Origin: Octopus sinensis
Taxonomy: Eukaryota
Direction: 5' to 3'
DNA: 34,473 nt
Assembly: GCF_006345805.1 (NCBI RefSeq)
Contig: NW_021829930.1
Span: 1 to 34,473, forward strand
Of this stretch, positions 11,804 to 22,197 are shown piece after piece. Position numbers and translations under genes: made by a program. The number at the start of each line of letters is the position of its first letter. Position 1 is the first letter of the stretch. The notes under the pieces were generated by a model that was not told the DNA's origin, ran no database searches, and saw only the letters and a list, made by a program, of their open reading frames with translations.

Positions 11804-12795
11804 GAATATAATTTTTAGCTTGAAGTGATAACTGCATGATATCCTTATATATTTGTATTAGTTCATCCATGAAGAATGAGATAGAAAAAAGAAGTATGAT
11901 AATCGTGGAGTTTGCATATTAAGATGCGTTTTGAATTTTTCAATAAAAAGTTTCTCCTTGTTAATTCTTTCTTGTGTAGTGATTCCGTCTTTACATTGGT
12001 AGAAGGGGAATATGTAAAATTTGCGATTTTTGTCTTTAGCGCACGATCTATGTGGCTACTTAGTGGAATTTGACGGTATTCTGGGAGATTTATTTGTTCT
12101 TTATGGACCGCTACTCTTTTACGTAAAGGGAGGCTCGTTTGTACAACATAATTATGTTGGCAACCGGCGCATGTGAGAACGTAGATAAGGTTCTCGGAGG
12201 AACAGGAAAAGTTGGTCTTGATTTTAAACTTTGTTCCTTGTTTGAAAATAAATTCAGAGCCTTCAAGTAGGAAGGGGCAGGTGCCACAGTTTGGGCGTGC
12301 ACATTTTTTAACTGGTGGGGGTGTTGGGTGGTTTTCAGTGTATTGTTGTCTAGTTCTTTGGCACGTTTTATTCCATACTCTGTAAAAGTGGAGGGATATT
12401 GGCGTTGTAATAGTCCTTTTTTGAGGTCTTGAAGGCGTATTTCTCGAGATTTTGGATCCGAGACAATGGTGCAAACTCTTTTAGCTAAGTTGAAAGGGAT
12501 ATTTATCTTGGAGTGTTTTGGGTGGCATGAGCTAAAGAGGAGGTAGTGTTGTGAGTCTGTAGGTTTGTGGTAGATGTCTGTTATGATTTGGTTGTTAGGT
12601 GTTTTTATAATTAGGAGATCAGGGAAAGGGAGATGATGTTTGCTGAATTCCAGAGTGAATTGGATGTTGGGATGTACGTTGTTCAGTATGGTTTTGAATT
12701 CCAGAAGCTTTTCATAAGGTTCTTTCCATATGATGAAACAATCATCCAAATACCCTTTCCCGTTTGAATTAGGTGCATATTTTGCCATAAAAGGA
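11800..12795 (-). mobile_element. 5'-truncated Penelope-like retroelement (RT C-terminus plus GIY-YIG endonuclease), Neptune-like Cys linker
   Basis: RT motifs YLDDCF, HPNIQFTLE, LPFPDLLI and DIYHKPTDS..YL...SCHP; linker KCARPNCGTCP; endonuclease NLIYVLTC..C...YVVQT...RKRVAVHK. After a further frameshift: ERINKEKLFIEKFKTHLN. At least two frameshifts and a deletion. Confidence 0.93.
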
Positions 12796-12869
12796 AAATG
12801 TTACTATCGATCTATTTTATTCAGGGTAGGCACTGATTACCTTGCCATCGCAGGCGGCATGTTCCTGAT

Positions 12870-13000
12870 ATATATATACATGTGTGCATGTGTGTGTGCA
12901 TGTGTCTGTATATGCGTGTGCGTGTGTGCATGTGTCTGTGTATGCGTGTGTGCGTGTGTGTGCATGTGTCAGTGTATGCACGAACGCGCGTGTGGTGTGT
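12870..13000. repeat. Degenerate (TG)n/(TGCA) microsatellite
   Basis: Visible directly. Confidence 0.9.
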
Positions 13001-13569
13001 AACTCGATTCTCCATTTGCAGGATGAGCTTGAGAGGAAGTCTGAGTAAAGTCGACTCAACATGTCTACTACAGTTCATTCTACACACGGAGGAAACAACA
13101 TGGATAAACTTACTTTAAATACTAGAAGTCATTGGTGCTGAAAATCTTCATTTGCATATTATAACTATTCACTTTTTATACAGTATGAGTATTTGTATGC
13201 GGAGAAATTGCGAATAAGTAGACATGCGCACTTCTAATTATCCCAAGTCTTCTTGCTCACACTTGAAGTGAAATAGTTTCGAAACTCTTTATAAAAAGAC
13301 GACGGGTAAGATAAACGGAGTAGTTGGAGACTTCGCCCACAAAAAGACCAGTAATTAGAACATGGAATCGGTTTACGTTGCTAGATTTAATATAGGATTT
13401 CCTCATTTAAAATTATTACTTTTCTTATTCACTCTGCGTGGCTCGTATTAAAGCGTACTGGGTCTTACTTTGGTGGCTGTGGAGTCGGATCTCATTTTCA
13501 GTTTGGAATACTAAGCTAGCCAGTATCTTGCATTTGTATTAATGAGGGGATAGTCAGAATTATAATTAT

Positions 13570-13637
<68 letters not shown>

Positions 13638-13691
13638 GCTATCTATCTATCTATCTATCTATATAAGTAGATAGATAGATAATAATGCCAT

Positions 13692-13749
<58 letters not shown>

Positions 13750-13770
13750 GTCTGTCTATCTATCTGCCTA
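13570..13770. repeat. (CTAT)n and (TA)n microsatellites
   Basis: Visible directly. Confidence 0.95.
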
Positions 13771-14342
13771 TCTACACATAGACATCAAAAAGAATAGAAA
13801 AAGCAGAACCAAATCCACTTATACACAGACACGCACACACAGCCCCTCCTTCTCTTTCCTTCATGCCAAAATATGGATGATGTGGCTATCAAAGGTTATT
13901 TAGAGCCAGTTTTTGCTGGACGTCACAACATCTCTGGATAACAATGATGAAGTGACTTTTAAAAGGGAGGCAATTGTACGCTTCTGTCACTATTTAAGCT
14001 CATTCCCAACAGACGGCATTTTTGGGAAAAGTTTTACAGATGAGAAAAAAATAGCATGTACTTTAGAACAAAAACAATACCAACCACAAGAGCAACAATA
14101 AGAACAACAACAACAACAACGAAAGCTTCCTATCTGCTTCATTTCTGCTTTTTATTGCTATGGCTTCTGTCTATTCTTCCCCCTTCTCCTCCACTTCATC
14201 ATCGTTATCATCATCACTGTCATCATCATAGTCATCGTTGTTGTTGTTATTGTTGTTGTTGATGTTATTAATAAGAGTATGCTATGTAGTAATAGCAACA
14301 GCAGTAGTAGTTATTGTTGTAGTTGTAACAGTAGGAGTAACA

Positions 14343-14512
14343 GGCGCAGGAGTGGCTGTGTGATAAGTAGCTTGCTTACCAACCACATGGTTCCGGGTTC
14401 AGTCCCACTGCGTGTCACATTGGAGAAGTGTCTTCTACTACAGGCTCGGGCCGACCAAAGCCTTGTAAGTGGATTTGGTAGACGGAAACTGAAAGAAGCT
14501 CGTCGTATATAA

Positions 14513-14563
<51 letters not shown>

Positions 14564-14797
14564 ATATATAAATACACACATGTTTGTGTGTCTATGTTTG
14601 TCACCCTAACATCGCTTGACAACCGATGCTGGTGTGTTTACGTCCCGTAACTTAACGGTTTGGCAAAAGAGACCGATAAAATAAGTACTAGGCTTACAAA
14701 GAATAAGTCCTGGGGTCCATTTGCTCGACTGAAAAGCGGTGCTCCAGCATGACCCCAGTCAAATGACTGAAACGAGTAAAAGAGTAAAGAGTAAAAG
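14343..14797 (+). mobile_element. tRNA-derived SINE family B with an internal (TA)n
   Basis: Head ggcgcaggagtggctgtgtgataag with B-box-like gggttcagtccc; CORE-like ttggagaagtgtcttct; internal microsatellite; (gtaaaaga)n tail. Homologous to copies at 17455, 24527 and 30339. Confidence 0.9.
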
Positions 14798-14827
14798 AGT
14801 AGCAGGAGTAATGCTCTTTTAATACGA

Positions 14828-15050
14828 GCGGCGAGCTGGCAGAATCGTTACGGCTCAGGACAAAATACTTAACACTATATCTTCCGCCCCTTGATTCTGT
14901 GTTCAAATGACGCCGTGGTCGATTTTACTTTTCATCCTTCCGGGATCGATGAAATAAGTACCATACAAGAACTGGAGCCCATGTAATCGACTGCCCCACC
15001 TCATCCAAAATTTCAGGTCTTGTGCCTGTAGTAAAAAGTATCATTATTAT
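14828..15050 (+). mobile_element. SINE family A monomer (older copy)
   Basis: gcggcgagctggcagaatcgtta...gttcaaat...ttcatccttccgggatcgatgaaataagtacc...gtcttgtgcct. Confidence 0.85.
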
Positions 15051-15052
15051 TA

Positions 15053-15628
15053 AGGCGGCGAGGAGGTAGAAATGCTTAGCGGTATTTCGTCTGCCGTTAC
15101 GTTCAGAGTTCAAATTCCGCCGAGGCCGACTTTGCCTTTCATCCTTTCGGGGTCGATTAAATAAGTACCAGTTACGCACTGGGGTCGATGTAATCGTTTA
15201 ATCCGTGTGTCTGTCCTTGTTTGTCCCATCTGTGTTTAGCCCCTTGTGGGTAGTAAAGAAATAGGTATTTCGTCTGCCGTTACGTTCTGATTCAAATTCC
15301 GCCGAGGTCGACTTTGCCTTTCATCTTCTCGGAGTCGATTAAATAAGCACCATTTACGCACTGGGGTCGATATAATCGACTTAATCCATTTGTCTGTCCT
15401 TGTTTGCCCTCTGTGTTTATCCCCTTGTGGGTAGTAAAGAAATAGGTATTTCGCCCGTCGCTACGTTCTGAGTTCAAATTTCGCCGAGGTCGACTTTGCC
15501 TTTCATCCTTTCGGGGTCGATAAAATAAATAATAGTTCACCACTGTGATCAATGTAATCGACTTAGCCCCTCCCCCGAACCTGCTGGCTTTGCTGGCCTT
15601 GTGCCAAAATTTGAAGCCATTATTATTT
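15053..15628 (+). mobile_element. SINE family A, trimeric form
   Basis: Core ttcaaatt recurs at 15109, 15291 and 15473 (182-bp period) with the same linker as the other multimers. Confidence 0.9.
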
Positions 15629-16498
15629 TGCAATTGAGAAATGAAATTTGTAAACCTTTTGATAATTTGAAGATTTGCCAGAGATTACTAGCGTGGTCAT
15701 TAGCATAATAATTACCGTCATCATCATCATCATCATTGGCGGTAAATGCTTTAATCATTACCCCATTAGTGTTCTTGTCAGCATTTGTCTTCATTGCATA
15801 ACGAGAGCAACAGCTCTTGTGTATTACGCATGTGCAGCAGTTTGCTGTGTTTCTTCCTATTTTATTTATAATGAGAGTCTGTTACGTAATATTACATTTT
15901 ACACATTATGTTTAAGCTCTAGTACACTCTATTTAACATACAGTGGTTAGCTGAGATGTTTTCTGCATGCTCAGTATCTGTGTAACTCCTGATTACTTTA
16001 AGCGATTTGTATGCTTTAAGCAAAGTGTATATCTAATGTATCTAGTATTGTTTTTCTAGCATGTTTTGTGTGTGTGTCTGTATAATGAGATTAGGAGAAA
16101 TCCATCTCCTAATACTGTGTGAGTGTGTGTATAAAATGCATCTTCTTTTCAACAGGCTCACTGGCTAATCGTGACAAATTGCCTATGTATCACTAGGTGG
16201 TGAGAGGTGAGTCGCTGCTGTCTCCAGCGGTCGAGCGTCCATCACAGTTCTCAATATTCCAACAGCTGGTTTGACAGGTGTCCAAATCAAGGAAGGTCGA
16301 ATTTACGTAATCTGGTGGTCCTGGCACTGGAGTTGATGGGAATTTATCCCCCCATTAGCAGTATAAGCAAGTGTAGACGTTCTGTAGAAAACAAATCCAG
16401 TCGGTAGATAGCATGAAAGAAACTATCCTATTGGCTTTTGATGCAAAATGCTCGCTTGTTTGTATTACATGGTTTAAGCCTTAAGAGTGAAATTTCCA

Positions 16499-16796
16499 GT
16501 TCCTTCTCGAGCCATGCCTGGCTCATAAGGGCCAGTTTCCCGGTTTCTTGGCGTATAGGCTCCTCACCTGGACGGGACGCCGGTCCGTCGCAGGTGAGCC
16601 GCAAGATGCAGGAGGAAAGAGTGAGAGAAAATTGTGGCGAAAGAGTCAGCAGAAGTTTCGCCATTACCTCCTGCCGGAGCTGCGTGGAGCTTAGGCGTTT
16701 CGCTCATAAACACATATATCGCCCGGTCTGAGATTCGAACCCGCGATCCCTCGAACGCGATTCCGCTGCTCTAACAACTAGGCCATGTGCCTCCAC
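16499..16796 (-). mobile_element. tRNA-derived SINE family C
   Basis: Minus-strand head gtggaggcacaTGGCCTAGTTGTTAGAGcagcgg...GGTTCGAATCtc has A and B boxes, followed by about 230 bp of non-tRNA body ending gcatggctcgagaaggaac. Confidence 0.8.
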
Positions 16797-17454
16797 ATGA
16801 ATGAAATTTGGTAACCAGAAACGGTTTGAAAGTCTCTCACAGTTTCCAATGTTCCAACACCTGGCTTAACACTACATTTGGCCCGTGGAGGAATTTAGCA
16901 GAATCCAGTTTGTTACACGGATTAGGATCAGAGCTCTGGTCTAGATATAACATATTCCCTTCTTACACCATCTGCAGTGATCCTAAATAAGCTCATGGAT
17001 GCTGCCTTTTCTTTTATGCCTACGCAAAAATATGTGAAATAAATTATAAAAAAGAATGAAATATAATTTTTGAAGAAACATGATATTTTAAATGAGACTC
17101 ACCATTTAAAACCACTTCAGTTACATCCGGTAATGACCCTGACGTATATTCAAACATCTAATTAAACACTACTTATAAATCTCAGACTTTATTACTACCT
17201 AAGAAATTATCTTAATAATATCATTAATTATTTAGATTCATTTGACTAGTTTTGGCCGTCAAGCTTTCGCTGTGTATTGTGAACTGAACTTTGTTGACCT
17301 ATTTGACTCTATTGATTCTGTCCAATAACAGTGACTTTATTAATATTACAGTAATTTTAATCAGAAATTTCTCTGTATAAAGAGTAGCTACGCATGTTCG
17401 GATGAAACAAATACCTCCTTTCGAATTCATCTGATTTTAGAGCACTAAGAATGT

Positions 17455-17596
17455 GATAAGAATCTTGCTTTCCAACCACATGGTTCCGGGTTAAGTTGAA
17501 CTGCGTGGCACCTTGGGCAAGTGTCTTCTGCAATAGCCTCGGACCGACCAAAGCCTTGTGAGTGGATTTGGAAGACGGAAACTGAAATAAGCTCTG

Positions 17597-17634
<38 letters not shown>

Positions 17635-17880
17635 GCGTACGTGTGCGCGTGTATGTGCCTGTGTGTGTATGTTTGAGTCTGTTTGTCCCCTCATCATCAC
17701 TTGACAACCGATGTTGGTGTGTTTACGTCCTCGTAACTAAGCGGTTCGGCAAGAGAGCGATACAACAAGTACTAGGCTTACAAAGAATATATCCAGGAGT
17801 TGATTTCTTCGACTAAAAGGCGGAGCTCGTGCATGGCCGCACTCAAATGACTGAAACAAATAAAAGAATAAAGTAATAAA
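17455..17880 (+). mobile_element. SINE family B with the head partly lost and an internal (TG)n
   Basis: ccaaccacatggttccgggtt...gcgtggcaccttgggcaagtgtctt...cttgacaaccgatgttggtgtgtttacg...caaatgactgaaacaaataaaaga. Confidence 0.9.
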
Positions 17881-17892
17881 AAAAAATATATA

Positions 17893-17994
17893 TTCAGCAG
17901 AAGCAACAGAGTGACTCAAGGCCCGAGAGTTTCGTGTGCTGGCACTTACACACGAAACTCTCGGAGCTTGAGTCCCTCTGATGCTTCTACTAAA
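17893..17994. other. Long inverted-repeat hairpin (46-bp stem, 10-nt loop)
   Basis: Arms 17893-17938 and 17949-17994 pair with 6 mismatches; the inner 16 bp are perfect; loop ctggcactta. Confidence 0.9.
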
Positions 17995-19579
17995 CATTAA
18001 TAAAAAATATATAATACATATACTCATATTTTGAGTTCTATTTTCCTGTTTGTACCAACACACCTATATGTGTGTGTGTGTATGTGCGTGCGTGTGTGGG
18101 GGGTAACGAATCAAAGGGGAAGCTACTATATGGTCGCTCGATCTTCTAGAAAGAGCTCCCGATTTGAGCTAGGAATGTAAAGAGCCAAACATTAAATCTA
18201 CAAAATGTGTTGTCTGAAATGCAACTGATTCTGACATCCATCACTTTTTATATAAATCGCAAGGTATATAAATGTTTAAACCAGTCTTAGTATATTACAC
18301 ATGATAATTTGTTGCTGAGATATGCAATAATAACATCGAAATAGTACACAGCTGAATTTGAGCCTAGAATTAGAGGGACACAACAAAGATTCTAAAAGGA
18401 TTTTACTCAGCACTCAACCGTCCCTTCCACTTGTCTCCTCGTAATTATTATAAGGATTTCTCAGAAAGACCCTGAACTATAGAGAGGAAGGTGTATTGTC
18501 AATTAAATAACGAATCCAGTACTGTAGGATAACAGCAAAGATGGCTGCAAAAATAAAATAACAAGCAAAACAATAATAATAATAATATAATAATAATAAT
18601 AATGATAAAAAAGAAAAAATTCCAATTAATTATGTGGTAATACATCAGCCATGCCGCAAGAAGGGTGAAACAGTCGGAACAGTTGAAGAAGTAAAAGAGA
18701 ACAAAATCACAAAAATAAAGTGATCTTTTCTTTAACGGAAAGGATTTTTCAATGTGAATTTCTACGCAATTACATTTCTGCTCGTCTCTTGTACCACTAA
18801 CAAATTTTCAGGATTAAACCAGTTACAACTACAAGAACCACGAACAAATTGTAAATCTCGTGTAAATGGTTGGCTTAGAATCTATGACAGCTGAATGGAG
18901 GGCTTATTGTAAATATTACAGGGTTTCTCCAAAGTTGAAACAACAAAAATAAAATAGAATATAATATATTAGGCAAGTATGTCAAAGTTGTCTAGAAATT
19001 AAGCAAGTTAAAGATACAGAGTATTAAGGAGATCGGAGAAAGAGAAGGCAATGTAATAGGTGGCGAAATAAAGAGACGTTAGAGTGTCGGAGGGAATATT
19101 TCGCGTTATTTGTTCTGATACTCCCGGTTCTGAGTTCAATTCCGGACGAAGTCAATTTTGACTTTCCTTCTCTTGGAGTTAATAAAAACTTACAAATCCA
19201 GAGTGGTGGGGATGGTGAAACTGAAAGAAATTCAGATTTGATGTATTGTAGCATTTGTTCCGGCTCTTTTCATTCTGAGTTCAAACACTGTAATGGATTG
19301 ACTTCGATTGGTTATGGTGGTTTAACAGAAACATCTGACACCTAGAATACCTTTAGCAGAGACCACTGTGTTCTTAGTATTAGAGAGAATGGTGCATGTA
19401 TCGTGTTTAAGAATACCTTCTCTCTCAGAAAACTCGGCGGTCCTGTGAGGGGTTGTATGTATCCCTGGCTAAAATAAAAACAACAAAAACTGAAGCAAAA
19501 TAAAATTAGAACTTGAATATTGTTGTAAATATTGTCTTGACAGAATAAACAAATAGTATACAATATTCTTAAACAGAAA

Positions 19580-19962
19580 GGCGGCGAGCTGGCAGAAACG
19601 TTAGCACGCCGGGCGAAATGCTTAGCAGTATTTCGTCTGCCGCTACGTTCTGAGTTCAAATTCCGCCGAGGTCGACTTTGCCTTTCATCCTTTCGGGGTC
19701 GATTAAATAAGTACCAGTTACGCACTGGGGTCGATGTAATCGACTTAATCTGTGTGTCTGTCCTTGTTTGTTCCCTCTGTGTTTAGCCCCTTGTGGGTAG
19801 TAAAGAAATAGGTATTTCATCTGCCGTTACGTTCTGAGTTCAAATTCTGCCGAGGTCGACTTTGCCTAGGGTTGATAAATTAAGTACCAGTTGCGTAATG
19901 GGATCGATCTAATCGACTGGCTCCCTCCCCAAAATTCGGGCCTTGTGTCTAGAGTAGAAAAG
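19580..19962 (+). mobile_element. SINE family A, dimeric form with target-site duplication
   Basis: Full head ggcggcgagctggcagaaacgttagcacgccgggcg and two cores 184 bp apart. TSD aatattcttaaacaga (19562-19577) versus aatattcctaaataga (19963-19978), 14/16. Confidence 0.95.
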
Positions 19963-20100
19963 AATATTCCTAAATAGAGGAGAACATATGGACATAAAAT
20001 GAACGAAAGTGCTCGATAAAAATAATTCAGAGTATAAGTTTTATATATGTTTCAAATATAGACTAAATGGGACATATTTAGTAGGAAATGAACAGCCTAT

Positions 20101-20282
20101 TATGAAGAGGTGCTGAAAAGCTCCTGGCTTTAAAGATATAGTAAAAGGCTTCCGAGTTCTTTTACAGGGCTTACAAAACCTAAAGGCTCGCTGCAATAAG
20201 TGTATTATCTGAGATGAGAATATGTTGAATAAAATCCTAATTAACTGATTCCCCTGAATTCTCTTTTACTCCAAACCAGGTT
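20101..20282 (+). mobile_element. Mariner-derived MITE-like remnant
   Basis: Starts tatgaagaggtgctgaaaagctcctggctt, a mariner-style TIR. The interior encodes LQGLQNLKARCNKC then gaatatgttgaataa, like a mariner C-terminus. Only a stub (aaaccagg) of the right TIR remains. Confidence 0.55.
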
Positions 20283-20427
20283 GACCCCAGAACGATGAGA
20301 ATCAGAAACAACCTTAGCAGGGTTTTGAACTCACAAATTAAAGGTAATTAAAAACAGCGATTTGTTATCTAGGCACAGAGCTTCAGTTTTGTCGTGTAGA
20401 GTGGTGGTTGATTATATCATTTCCAAA

Positions 20428-20642
20428 GGCAGCGAGCTGGCAGAATCGTTACTGCACCGGACAAAATGTTTAGCGACATTTGGTCCGTCTCCACGTTCTG
20501 AATTCAAATTCCACCGAGCTAGACTTTGCCCTTTATCCTTTCAGAATCGATAAAGCAAGTACCAGTTGAGTACTGGGGTCGGTGTGATCGTCTAAGCCCC
20601 TACAGCCAAAATTCTGGCCTTGTGACTGTATTAGAAAGGATT
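20428..20642 (+). mobile_element. SINE family A monomer
   Basis: ggcagcgagctggcagaatcgtta...gttctgaattcaaattcc...aagtaccagttgagtactggggtc...ggccttgtg. Possible TSD gattatatca at 20410-20419 and 20639-20648. Confidence 0.85.
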
Positions 20643-21581
20643 ATATCAATCTTAGTTCGTGATCAGCATTTAATTGCTAAGCTGATCTCGGTGGATTTTG
20701 AATTCAGAACGTAAAAAGCTGGAAAAGTATTGTCAGGCCGGCATCTTAAGCATCGATGCCAGAAATGATATTTGATTACAGCAGGGATACCAATGTGACA
20801 TCAGAAATAATATATAAAGCACAACAGAGTATGGACGGGAGACGGGAAACAATGTATGAGATATAACTACTGTAGGTACTATAAAGAGTATTACTGTGAT
20901 GCCAGAGACAACATGAGTACAGTAGGAATCACTGAGGAGTATCATCGCGACCTGTTAAAAATAGCACTCAAATCCCTCTCTACTTTCATAATTTGATTTT
21001 AAAAATGGTCATACTGGGAGATGTGTTCTTAGGTAAAAAAAAAAAAAGGTTACAGCATTTAAGGGATTGTCACGGCTAGAATGCATTTGATTATGGACCG
21101 GATCTTTTCTGTTGCTGCCATAGATGTCTATATATTTTAAAATCTTGTTTCAATTATTTTCAAATTTAGTTTTCTGATGTAGTTTTGTATGTTAAGTATG
21201 AAAATAAAACGCATTTTTGTCATGGAATAATGAATAATAATAAGTTGATAGCTTTTGAAGTTAGCAAATTTTGGGTAATTTTAACCAATCGAAAGTCACA
21301 GACTCATTGGTGCTTGTTTCCATAGTAACAATCCAAGCTGTAATCTGCTTAAAACTACCACAACGTGTATTTTCTTTACCTGCAAGTATATTATGGTTTC
21401 AATCCAAAAGAACAAAATTTCAGTGGATTGATATCATTTAGATAAGAACTCCAGAAAACTGCTTTTAGTCTTCCGAATTTACTGGGATAGTGATAGAATA
21501 TATAAAGATGGAACTAATTCTGAGAACCTGTTTCAATTACAAATTTTAATTTACCCAAACAGATTTTAAAAATTAATTTCA

Positions 21582-22197
21582 AATTTTTGCACAAGACCAG
21601 CAATTTCGTGGTGGTGGTGGTGGTGGGGTTATAACTCGATTACATCGACCCCAATACTCAGCTGATACTTATTTTATCGACACCGAAAGAATGTAAGGAA
21701 AAGTCAATCTCAGCGGAATTTGAATTCAGAACGAAAAGATAGACGAAAATACCGCTTAGCATTTTGGCCTGCATGCTAACGCTTTTTATTTCTTTATTTC
21801 TCGCAAGGGGCTAAATACAGAGGGGACAAACAATGACAAACAAATGGATTAAGTCGATTAGATCGACCCCAGTGCGTAACTGGTACTTAATTTATCGACT
21901 CTGAAAGGATGAAAGTCGACCTCGGCGGAATTTGAACTTAGAACGTAACGGTAGACGAAATACCTATTTCTTTACTACCCACAAGGGGCTAAATATAGAG
22001 GGGACAAACAAGGACAGACATAGGTATTAAGTCGATTACATCGACCCCAGTGCGTAACTGGTACTTAATTTATCAACCCCGATAGGATGAAAGGCAAAGT
22101 CGACCTCAGCGGAATTTGAACTCAGAACGTATCGACAGACGAAATAACGCTAAGCATTTCGCCCGGTGTGCTAACGTTTCTGTCAGCTCGTTGCCCT
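21582..22197 (-). mobile_element. SINE family A: young multimer (21786-22197, two cores plus two linkers) abutting an older monomer (21582-21785)
   Basis: Head ends at tcagctcgttgcc near 22195; two cores; the copy ends in the linker tail (tatttctttatttctcgcaagggg). Confidence 0.88.

Noticed and set aside
16720-16796. tRNA-like sequence with A and B boxes
   Set aside because: There is no complete cloverleaf or acceptor stem, and it continues into a SINE body. The same applies to the family A and B heads.
14925-19725. Recurrent ORFs starting MRNWYLFNRPRKDERQSRPRRNLNSER
   Set aside because: They are antisense translations of the SINE A core, not a protein family.
20820-20990. Frame reading VWTGDGKQCMRYNYC...YYCD, reminiscent of an EGF repeat
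   Set aside because: It is bounded by stops, the cysteine spacing does not fit EGF, there are no splice sites, and the cryptic 42-bp repeat explains it.
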